Source of the DNA: an uncultured Bacilli bacterium
GTDB lineage: Bacteria; Bacillota_I; Bacilli_A; RF39; UBA660
NCBI GenBank assembly: GCA_947630055.1
Contig: CANRGA010000003.1
Span: 1,050-65,049, forward strand
DNA: 64,000 nucleotides
Direction: 5' to 3'
The position numbers were made by a program, and so were the translations under genes. Shown here piece by piece: positions 9,818-17,315 of the stretch. Position 1 is the stretch's first letter. Each line of letters starts with the position of its first letter. A model generated the notes under the pieces. That model was not told where the DNA came from and did not search any database. It saw only the letters and a list, made by a program, of their open reading frames with translations.

Positions 9818-10784
9818 TTTGAAATTTAATAATATTTATTTAAATGACTGGTTTACATTAACTGGGCCGATGGAAAGTAATAGTAGACTTAAAAAGTTAG
9901 ATTTAACTATGGAAGATTATTATTATGGGGAGAAAACTTTTGAAAAAGCTGAAGCTAAAATGCAAAGCGTAGTTATGCAAAGACTTTTAGAAAGAAATAA
10001 ATTAAAGTATGAAAATGTTGATATTATTGTTGGTGGTGATTTACTTGATCAGATAACTGCTACAAATTATGCTTGTATAAATATGCCGATCTCTCTTTTA
10101 GGTGTATATAGTGCTTGTGCTACTTTTCCCGAATCCTTAATAGTTTCAAGCATGTTTATTGAAAATAAAGATATTAAAAGAGCATTAAGTATTACTAGTA
10201 GTCATAATTTAACGGCGGAAAGACAATTTCGTTATCCAATTGAGTATGGCTCTCCTAAACCACACACTGCAACATTTACGGGAACTGCTTCAATTAGTAC
10301 ACTCTTATCCAAAGATATAGGTAAGATAAAAGTTGAATCTGCTACTATTGGTAAAGTTACTGAAATGGGAATAACTGATGCCAATAATTTAGGAGCAGTA
10401 ATGGCTCCAGCAGCAGCTCGTACTTTATATGAACATTTAACAGATTTAAAAAGAGATATTAATTATTATGATTTAATATTAACTGGTGATTTAGGTTGTA
10501 TCGGTAGTAATATTTTTAAAGAATATATGCAAAAAAAATACAATTTAAAAATCAAAAAATATCTCGATGCTGGTTGTGAATTATATGTAAAAAGTGAAGA
10601 AGTGTATTCTGGTGGTTCTGGCCCTGTTTGTCTTCCTTTAGTCTTATTTAATAAAATACTTCCTTTAGGTAAATATAAAAAGATTTTAATTATTGGTACA
10701 GGTGCTCTACATAGTAAAACATTTGTTAATCAAAAAAATCCTATTCCAGCTATTGCTCATGCTGTTAGTTTGGAGGTAATGTAA
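9810..10784 (+). CDS. spoVAD: Stage V sporulation protein AD (thiolase-like)
   Basis: Length of about 324 aa, thiolase-like fold motifs, position between spoVAC and spoVAE. Confidence 0.85.
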   Translation: MASLKFNNIYLNDWFTLTGPMESNSRLKKLDLTMEDYYYGEKTFEKAEAKMQSVVMQRLLERNKLKYENVDIIVGGDLLDQITATNYACINMPISLLGVYSACATFPESLIVSSMFIENKDIKRALSITSSHNLTAERQFRYPIEYGSPKPHTATFTGTASISTLLSKDIGKIKVESATIGKVTEMGITDANNLGAVMAPAAARTLYEHLTDLKRDINYYDLILTGDLGCIGSNIFKEYMQKKYNLKIKKYLDAGCELYVKSEEVYSGGSGPVCLPLVLFNKILPLGKYKKILIIGTGALHSKTFVNQKNPIPAIAHAVSLEVM

Positions 10785-10785
10785 A

Positions 10786-11133
10786 ATGTATATAAAGGCC
10801 TTTATATTTGCCGGAATTGTTTGTCTAATTTGCCAAGTAGTACTTGATAATACTAAACTTACTCCAGGACATATTACTAGTAGTGTTACAGTAATTGGAG
10901 CATTATTATCTTTTTTAGGAATATACGATAAGATAATTGCTTGGGCTGGAGCCGGAGCAACAGTTTTAATTGCCAATTTTGGTCATATGCTTTATTCAGC
11001 CGGTTTAGCGGGATATGAAGAAGCCGGAGTCCTTGGCCTTTTTTCTCAACTATTATGTTCTTCAGGTATAGCTATTGTCAGTGTAGTAGTTTTTTCCTTT
11101 ATCTTTACGCTTATATTTAAAGCAAAAGATTAA
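10786..11133 (+). CDS. spoVAE: Stage V sporulation protein AE (AEB)
   Basis: 115-aa polytopic membrane protein following spoVAD. A terminator hairpin gaagcaatga...tcattgcttc plus T-run follows. Confidence 0.8.
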   Translation: MYIKAFIFAGIVCLICQVVLDNTKLTPGHITSSVTVIGALLSFLGIYDKIIAWAGAGATVLIANFGHMLYSAGLAGYEEAGVLGLFSQLLCSSGIAIVSVVVFSFIFTLIFKAKD

Positions 11134-11238
11134 ATGAGAAGCAATGATTTAATCAAAAATTCATTGCTTCTTTTTTTATGCAAAAATGCCATGTACACAC
11201 ATAAGACAGGAAGTAAGCGTAAAACTTTAGCACATGCG

Positions 11239-11268
11239 TTGACTCATTTTAAATTGCTAATATATAAT
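11239..11268 (+). promoter_or_regulatory. Putative sigma-A-type promoter of the DGR target operon
   Basis: TTGACT (11239-11244), 18-nt spacer, TATAAT (11263-11268). Confidence 0.5.
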
Positions 11269-11306
11269 TAATTTGTATGATAGAAAAGGAATAGTTGATG
11301 TGAAAA

Positions 11307-11798
11307 ATGAATAAAATAATGGAAAAAATAAAAAGCTTAGATAAGAAAGAAGTCATAGCTATAATTGGTATTTTGTTAATAATGATGGCGCTATTTATGC
11401 TTCCTCGGTTTATTTTAGGCAAAGATAATACTTTACCAGAAGTTAAGTTAAGAGAACTGCGTAATAATGGAATGTTTGCGTTAATGATACCTGATGATAA
11501 TCATGAAGGACAATATAAAGAATATACTGGAAACGATTTATTTCCTAAAGGTTATTTACTAAATATTGATAAAAGTTATTGTTTAGATAATGCAGGACAG
11601 GAGGTAAAAGGCGTATTAAGTAGAGTAAAAGGTAGTAACAGTGTTACATTAAAAAGTAATCAAACAGTCTATTGTACATTGTACTTTGAACATTCAGCAG
11701 CAGTTGTATTAATTTATAATAATACAATAAAACAAAAAACAGGTTGTACAAATGTCCAATGTGCTTTAGATGAATTATACACAGTAAGTTATTATTAG
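11307..11798 (+). CDS. TM-anchored small surface protein, stand-alone copy of the N-terminal module of the 36185/48384 paralogs
   Basis: N-terminal TM. LPEVKLRELRNN...TVYCTLYFE aligns with LPEVKLKEIVNKNK...TVYCTVYFD of the paralogs. The C-terminus has TNVQCALDELY, like the target protein N-terminus. Confidence 0.7.
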   Translation: MNKIMEKIKSLDKKEVIAIIGILLIMMALFMLPRFILGKDNTLPEVKLRELRNNGMFALMIPDDNHEGQYKEYTGNDLFPKGYLLNIDKSYCLDNAGQEVKGVLSRVKGSNSVTLKSNQTVYCTLYFEHSAAVVLIYNNTIKQKTGCTNVQCALDELYTVSYY

Positions 11799-11813
11799 AA
11801 AGAGGTATAGATA

Positions 11814-13274
11814 ATGAAGAAAGTAATAAAAAATAATTATAAATTAATAATAGGTATAATCATAGGACTTGTAATATCAGTAAGTGGTGTATATGCTGCT
11901 ACTGCAATAATTCAAAGTAAAGAAGTTAACTATGATAATTCATCAAGTCATGGTTCATATACTAATGTTCAAGATTCAATAGATGAACTATACGAAAGAA
12001 GTGGCTTGACAAAATCAAAATGGGTAGATTCAACATTAAATGGTAATGATCCAGTATTAGGAGAAGGAATGATACCAGTCACTATAGATGGTAATGGTAA
12101 AGTTTACTATGCTAGTGAATATACAGAATGGTATAACTATAGTGAAAAGAGATGGGCTAATGCAGTTATATTGACAAGTTCAGCTAGTAAATATTCTGCT
12201 GGTCAAGAAATACCAGATAAAGATATTAAAGGATACTTTGTATGGATACCAAGATATAGTTATAAAATTTGGAATGATGGTAACTATACTAAAACAATGA
12301 CTTTAACAGATTTAAAGAATACAAAAGAAACAGCTACGGATGAAGGAGCATTATGGAAAATAACTGGAAATAATACTAGAATAATAGATATTAAATTTGT
12401 TGGAAAAGATACAACTGATACTGGTGATAGTGTAGGACAATATTTAACTCATCCAGCATTTAAACTAGGAAGTAAAGTATTAACTGGTATATGGGTAGGA
12501 AAATTTGAAACTGGTGGATCTAGTACAGATACAATGGTGGTAAAGCCTGGTGTTGTATCATGGAGAAATAAAACGGTAAAAGAATTTTTTGATGCTGGCA
12601 AAAGTTTTGCTCAAAAACTAGATAGCCATATGATGAAAAATACAGAATGGGGAGCTGCTGCATACTTATCTCATTCACAATATGGTATAGGAAATGAAGT
12701 AAATATCAATAATGCAAGTGATTATTATACAGGTTATAGTGCAGCTCCTGGAACTAATCAAAGTACAATACCAGCAGAATCAGCAGCACATACTGAGGGA
12801 ACAAAAACTCAACCATGGAATACTCCAGTTGGATATCTTGCAAGTACAACCGGAAATATAAGTGGTATCTATGATATGTCAGGCGGTGCTTGGGAATATA
12901 TGGCAGCATGTGTAGAAGGTAAGCCTGGTTCTAGTGGCTTTGAAGAAGGTGCATTATCTACTGAAATGACTAGTGGATATATTGATAAATATCCATCAGA
13001 TAGTGGAATAACAACATATAATAAAAGAATCTTAGGCGATGCCACGGGAGAGATGGGTCCTTTCTATAGTTATTTTGAAGGAAATGGAACATCTTATAAT
13101 CATTCTAGTTGGTATGGCGACTACGCTTATTTCGTTGGGTCGGCGTGGCCTTGGTTCAGTCGTGGTGGCGGTTTCAGCGACGGCGTTATCGCTGGTCAGT
13201 TCTACTTCAATAGGTACACTGGTGAGGCCGTTGGCGGCTATGGTTTCCGGGTTGTTCTTGCTCCAACCAAATAA
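11814..13274 (+). CDS. DGR target (variable) protein: signal-anchored, FGE-sulfatase/C-type-lectin-like C-terminal domain carrying the VR
   Basis: Motifs THPAF..GIWVGKFE, NISGIYDMSGGAWEY (GxYDMSGNxWEW-type) and a terminal ...GFRVVL. The last ~150 nt are repeated four times downstream with adenine-centred differences. Confidence 0.9.
   Translation: MKKVIKNNYKLIIGIIIGLVISVSGVYAATAIIQSKEVNYDNSSSHGSYTNVQDSIDELYERSGLTKSKWVDSTLNGNDPVLGEGMIPVTIDGNGKVYYASEYTEWYNYSEKRWANAVILTSSASKYSAGQEIPDKDIKGYFVWIPRYSYKIWNDGNYTKTMTLTDLKNTKETATDEGALWKITGNNTRIIDIKFVGKDTTDTGDSVGQYLTHPAFKLGSKVLTGIWVGKFETGGSSTDTMVVKPGVVSWRNKTVKEFFDAGKSFAQKLDSHMMKNTEWGAAAYLSHSQYGIGNEVNINNASDYYTGYSAAPGTNQSTIPAESAAHTEGTKTQPWNTPVGYLASTTGNISGIYDMSGGAWEYMAACVEGKPGSSGFEEGALSTEMTSGYIDKYPSDSGITTYNKRILGDATGEMGPFYSYFEGNGTSYNHSSWYGDYAYFVGSAWPWFSRGGGFSDGVIAGQFYFNRYTGEAVGGYGFRVVLAPTK
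13113..13261 (+). repeat. DGR variable repeat (VR), 149 nt
   Basis: Ungapped alignment to the four downstream 149-nt copies. It is strongly GC-rich and A-poor relative to the rest of the gene. AAY codons of the copies appear here as TAC/TAT/AGT/GGT/GTT. Confidence 0.9.
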
Positions 13275-13320
13275 TTTGTGAACGAAGTGAGCAAATTATT
13301 AACTTTGTTGCTTTTAAATA

Positions 13321-13358
13321 GTCACCCCGCTCTTCTTTTTAAGCGGGGTGACTAATTT
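13321..13358 (+). terminator. GC-rich hairpin/terminator after the target gene (possibly also a DGR target-recognition hairpin)
   Basis: gtcaccccgc (13321-13330) pairs with gcggggtgac (13343-13352), with a 12-nt loop followed by a T-rich run. Confidence 0.7.
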
Positions 13359-13368
13359 TTGTTTATAG

Positions 13369-13827
13369 TTGATAAAAAATTTAATATAACATAAAATGAT
13401 ATTGTAGGTCATAGGTTGTAAAAATTTGCTTTTTTACTTTTTAATTGCTTGATTTATGGCGACAACGCTAATTTCGTTGAGGCGGCATGGCCTTGGTTCA
13501 ATCGTGGTAGCAATTGGAACAATGGCGTACTTGCAGGTCAGTTCAACTTCAATAGGAACACTGGTGAGGCCAATGGCGGCAATGGTTTCCGGGTTGTTCT
13601 TGCAGACTAAAATATAAAAGTTTATTTAAACTTCATCATAATATTATTAATTATAAAGATATTATATCGAAATTAATGTGTTTAAGGACATTATTATGAT
13701 GCTTAATTTAGAAATTTATGACCTTTCTATTTTTAAAATAGGAAAATATTTAACAAAGTATTGTGGTTAGTAGTAAAATGACGAAAATCATAATATGATA
13801 GTAGTGCTAAAAATGGCACTACTTTTA
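13369..13827 (+). ncRNA. DGR template-repeat RNA cassette 1 (TR1 = 13455-13603)
   Basis: Promoter TTGATA 13369-13374, 17-nt spacer, TAAAAT 13392-13397. TR is rich in AAY codons (aac/aat at the positions where the VR varies). 3' flank has a stem 13634-13643/13692-13701. Leader 13406-13417 pairs with 13713-13724. Terminator stem 13800-13807/13816-13823 plus T-run. Confidence 0.7.
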
Positions 13828-13830
13828 TTA

Positions 13831-14296
13831 TTGATAAAAATTTTAATATAACATAAAATATTATTATAGGTCATAGGTTGTAAAAATTCTCTTTTTTTAC
13901 TTTTTAATAACTTGACTTATGGCGACATCGCTAATTTCGTTGAGTCAACGAATCCTTGGTTCAATCGTGGTAGCAATTGGAACGACGGCGTGCTTGCAGG
14001 TCAGTTCAACTTCAATAGGAACACTGGTGCGGCCAATGGCAACAATGGTTTCCGGGTTGTTCTTGCTAGACTAAATTATAAAAGTTTATAAAACTTCATC
14101 ATAATATTATTAATTATAAAAGATATTTTTATCGAAGTTAATGTGTTTACGGACATTATTATGATGCTTAATTTAGAAATTTATGACCTTTCTATTTTTA
14201 AAATAGGAGAAAAATTTAACAAAGTATTATGGTTAGTAGTAAAATGGCGAAAGTCATAATATGACAAGTAGTGCTTAAACAGCACTGCTTTTTTTG
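13831..14296 (+). ncRNA. DGR template-repeat RNA cassette 2 (TR2 = 13918-14066)
   Basis: Promoter TTGATA 13831-13836, 17-nt spacer, TAAAAT 13854-13859. Same leader (aggtcata 13868-13875) and 3' partner (tatgacct 14182-14189). Terminator stem 14267-14275/14281-14289 plus T6. Confidence 0.7.
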
Positions 14297-14388
14297 TGCG
14301 GAAAAATTTTTGAATAGTTTGGCAATTTGGTAGAATTTATGATAAATCAAAAATTGAAAATTTAATAATAGGTTGATATTTATTATAG

Positions 14389-14849
14389 TTGATAAAACTT
14401 TTAATTTAAAATAAAATAATATTGTAGGTCATAGGTTGTAAAAATTTGCTTTTTTGACTTTTTAATAACTTGACTTATGGCGACAACGCTAATTTCGTTG
14501 ACTCAACGAACCCTTGGTTCAATCGTGGTGGCAATTGGAACGACGGCGTACTTGCAGGCCAGTTCTACTTCAATAGGAACACTGGTGAGGCCAATGTCAA
14601 CAGAGGTTTCCGGGTTGTTCTTGCAGACTAAATTATAAAAGTTTATTAAAACTTCGTCATAATATTATTAATAATAAAGATATTTTTTATCGAAATTAAT
14701 TTGTCTACGGACCTTATTATGATGTTTAATTTAGAAATTTATGACCTTTCTATTTTAATAGGAGAAAAATTTAACAAAGTATTATGGTTAGTAGTAAAAT
14801 GGCGAAAGTCATAATATGACAAGTGGTGCTTAAATGGCACTGCTTTTTA
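14389..14849 (+). ncRNA. DGR template-repeat RNA cassette 3 (TR3 = 14476-14624)
   Basis: Promoter TTGATA 14389-14394, 17-nt spacer, TAAAAT 14412-14417. Leader aggtcata 14426-14433 and partner tatgacct 14740-14747. Terminator 14822-14829/14837-14844 plus T-run. Confidence 0.7.
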
Positions 14850-14852
14850 TTG

Positions 14853-15315
14853 TTGAATTAATTTTTAATATAACATAAAATGATAATGTAGGTCATAGGT
14901 TGTAAAAATTCTCTTTTTTAACTTTTTAATAACTTAACTTATGGCGACAACGCTAATTTCGTTGAGTCGGCGTGGCCTTGGTTCAATCGTGGTGGCGGTT
15001 TCAGCGACGGCGTTATCGCTGGTCAGTTCTACTTCAATAGGAATGCTGGTGAGGCCAATGGCAATCGTGGTTTCCGGGTTGTTCTTGCTAGACTAAATTA
15101 TAAAAGTTTATTAAAGCTTCGTCATAATATTATTAATAAAAAAAAGATATTATATCGAAATTAATTTGTTTACGGACATTATTGTGATGCTTAATTTAGA
15201 AATTTATGACCTTTCTATTTTAAAATAGGAGAAAAATTTAACAAAGTATTATGGTTAGTAGTAAAATGACGAAAATCATAATATGACAAGTAGTGCTTAA
15301 ATAGCACTGCTTTTA
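14853..15315 (+). ncRNA. DGR template-repeat RNA cassette 4 (TR4 = 14940-15088)
   Basis: Promoter TTGAAT 14853-14858, 17-nt spacer, TAAAAT 14876-14881. Leader aggtcata 14890-14897 and partner tatgacct 15205-15212. Terminator 15289-15297/15303-15311 plus T-run. The central part of TR4 is identical to the current VR. Confidence 0.7.
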
Positions 15316-15350
15316 AATTTTATAAAAATGTCAAAAATTGTCAAAAATGC

Positions 15351-15380
15351 TTGTCAATATTTTTGGTTGCTTGATATAAT
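15351..15380 (+). promoter_or_regulatory. Putative promoter of the MSL-avd-RT operon
   Basis: TTGTCA (15351-15356), 18-nt spacer, TATAAT (15375-15380). Confidence 0.45.
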
Positions 15381-15432
15381 TGAATTGTCTAGAGGGTAGA
15401 GGTTGTATGTTCTTATTTCTGGAGGTATACAC

Positions 15433-15825
15433 ATGAGTAAGATATATAACGAATATTTAAGATTAAAAGCAAAAGATCCTAATAAATTGTATTTATTTAA
15501 GTCGGGTAAATTTTATATATTTGTTGGTGATGATGTTGATACTATAAATAATTATGTTGTTTTAAAGAGAACAAATTTTTCTAATGAATCTCAAAAATGT
15601 GGTTTTCCAGAAAGCGTTTTAGATGATTATTTAAGAGTGTTTAAAAATCATCATTTAGATATTGAAGTAATAACAGAAATAATACCTATTAATGATGATG
15701 ATAGTAAATTAGAAAAGATTACTAATTATTTAAAAAGAATTAAAATTGATAAGATTACGCCTTTAGAGGCTTTTAAACATTTAGTAAGAATAAAGGAAAT
15801 AGTAGATGATGAAGAAAGGAGTTGA
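15433..15825 (+). CDS. MutS-domain-I-like small protein (DGR accessory, MSL-type)
   Basis: ATG 15433 follows ggagg (15421-15425). NEYLRLKAKDPNKLYLFKSGKFYIFVGDDV...CGFPESVLDDYLRVF aligns with MutS N-terminal [30 protein letters not shown]...AGIPYHAVENYLAKL. Confidence 0.7.
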   Translation: MSKIYNEYLRLKAKDPNKLYLFKSGKFYIFVGDDVDTINNYVVLKRTNFSNESQKCGFPESVLDDYLRVFKNHHLDIEVITEIIPINDDDSKLEKITNYLKRIKIDKITPLEAFKHLVRIKEIVDDEERS

Positions 15826-16168
15826 AGATGTCAAAATATATCGTAATTATTTTGACTTTATTTGTTATATAGAAATGATTACGGAAAAATTTCCTAAATA
15901 TACTAAATTTGGTTTTGTTAATATTATTAAGAAAACTTTATATAAAGGAATGGAAGATATATTATATGCTTATAAGTCATTTGAAAAGAGTGATAAGCTT
16001 TCCTATTTAAATGATTTAGATGTTACTTTAAAAATGTTAAAGTTATATGCAAGAGTATCTTATAAGAAAAAATATATTAATGTTAAAAATTATGAGGCAT
16101 GGAGTAGAAAAATAAATAGTGTTTGTACTTCTTTAGGAGCTTGGATTAATGTATGCCTAAAACGATAA
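15806..16168 (+). CDS. avd: Avd-like accessory variability determinant (four-helix-bundle protein)
   Basis: About 120 aa, helical, with a pattern like four-helix-bundle/23S-IVS proteins. Lies immediately upstream of and overlapping the RT, as in canonical DGRs. Confidence 0.75.
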   Translation: MMKKGVEDVKIYRNYFDFICYIEMITEKFPKYTKFGFVNIIKKTLYKGMEDILYAYKSFEKSDKLSYLNDLDVTLKMLKLYARVSYKKKYINVKNYEAWSRKINSVCTSLGAWINVCLKR

Positions 16169-17190
16169 AAAATAGTTTTGATGAAAAATTAACTTTTCAA
16201 AAGTTAATAGAAGCTCATCAAAGAGCTTCAATAGGAAAGCAAAATAAAAAAGAAGTTATTTTATTTGGAGTTGATTTAGAAACTAATATTATTAGAATTC
16301 TCAATGAAATTCAAAGAGGTATATATCGATTTGGAGAATATCGGGAATTTGTTGTTTATGAACCTAAAGAAAGAATAATTAAATCACTACCATATCGTGA
16401 TCGGGTAGTACATCAATGGTATGTAGAAGAATTTATTAAACCTTATTTTTGTAAACGATTTATAAGTGATACATATGCTTGTCTAGATGATAAAGGAACT
16501 CATAAAGCAGTTTTTAATACGCAAAAGAAAATGCGCTATATGAAAAGAAAATACGGCCATTATTATGTTTTAAAGTGTGATATTAAAAAATATTTTTATA
16601 GTATTGATAAGAAAATACTAATGGATATTTTAAGTAAAAGAATGAAAGATAAAAAATTAATAGAGTTTACAAGAACTATTTTAGATGATGGACAAGAAAA
16701 GGGTATTCCAATTGGTAATTTTACTAGTCAATATTTTGCTAATATTTATTTAAATGAATTAGATCATTATGTAAAAGAACAATTACAAATTAAATGTTAT
16801 ATTAGATATATGGATGATTTTATATTTATGTTACCTACAAAAGAAGAAGCTAAAAAAGTTCAAGCAGAAATAACTAGTTTTTTAGCTGATCATTTAAATT
16901 TAACTTTGAATACTAAAAGTAGATATTTTTCTCATAAATTTGGAATAGATTTTTGTGGCTTTCGAATTTATGAAACACATATATTACTTCGTAAAAGGTT
17001 TAAAAGAAAATTAAATAAAAGTATTAAATTGTGGCATATGTTAAAAAAGAAAAATAGATTTTATGATAAGAAGTTTTTATTAAGTTTAAACTCTTATCGT
17101 GGTCACGCTATTCATTGTAATTCTTATCATTTTATGCAAAAAGTAGATGAGAAAATAAAAGATTTATATCCAACAGAAAATAATAAATAA
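16153..17190 (+). CDS. DGR-type reverse transcriptase
   Basis: RT motifs: YRDRVVHQ, KCDIKKYFYSID, PIGNFTSQYFANIYL (the DGR-diagnostic [ILV]GxxxSQ), and YMDDF catalytic box. Confidence 0.92.
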   Translation: MPKTIKNSFDEKLTFQKLIEAHQRASIGKQNKKEVILFGVDLETNIIRILNEIQRGIYRFGEYREFVVYEPKERIIKSLPYRDRVVHQWYVEEFIKPYFCKRFISDTYACLDDKGTHKAVFNTQKKMRYMKRKYGHYYVLKCDIKKYFYSIDKKILMDILSKRMKDKKLIEFTRTILDDGQEKGIPIGNFTSQYFANIYLNELDHYVKEQLQIKCYIRYMDDFIFMLPTKEEAKKVQAEITSFLADHLNLTLNTKSRYFSHKFGIDFCGFRIYETHILLRKRFKRKLNKSIKLWHMLKKKNRFYDKKFLLSLNSYRGHAIHCNSYHFMQKVDEKIKDLYPTENNK

Positions 17191-17210
17191 TGTAAAAAAG
17201 TGTTAAAAAT

Positions 17211-17236
17211 TCTCTAAAAAATAGAGATTTTTTTAA
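17211..17236 (+). terminator. Putative terminator after the RT gene
   Basis: tctcta (17211-17216) pairs with tagaga (17222-17227), followed by a T7 run. Confidence 0.5.
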
Positions 17237-17315
17237 TTTTTAAAGAAATTTTTTCTGAAAAAAAAGGAAATAGAAGGAAAAAAACTAATAATATAAGTGA
17301 AGGGAGGAAAAAACG

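Noticed and set aside
13039-13281. 80-aa alternate-frame ORF overlapping the end of the DGR target gene
   Set aside because: It lies entirely within the GC-rich VR in a different frame and has no RBS. It is a by-product of the adenine-poor composition, which removes stop codons.
13369-15315. Interpretation of the four repeats as a CRISPR array
   Set aside because: The period is about 465-550 bp rather than 60-75 bp. The 'spacers' are themselves conserved. Each unit contains a promoter and a terminator, and no cas genes are present.
13369-15315. Interpretation of the four repeats as 3' fragments of duplicated target pseudogenes or silent recombination cassettes
   Set aside because: Homology to the target starts abruptly at the VR boundary (tatggcgac) with no upstream coding homology. 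Each copy keeps a consensus promoter with exact 17-nt spacing and a conserved non-coding structured flank. The AAY-rich content is that of templates. Not fully excluded; see the finding on TR diversification.
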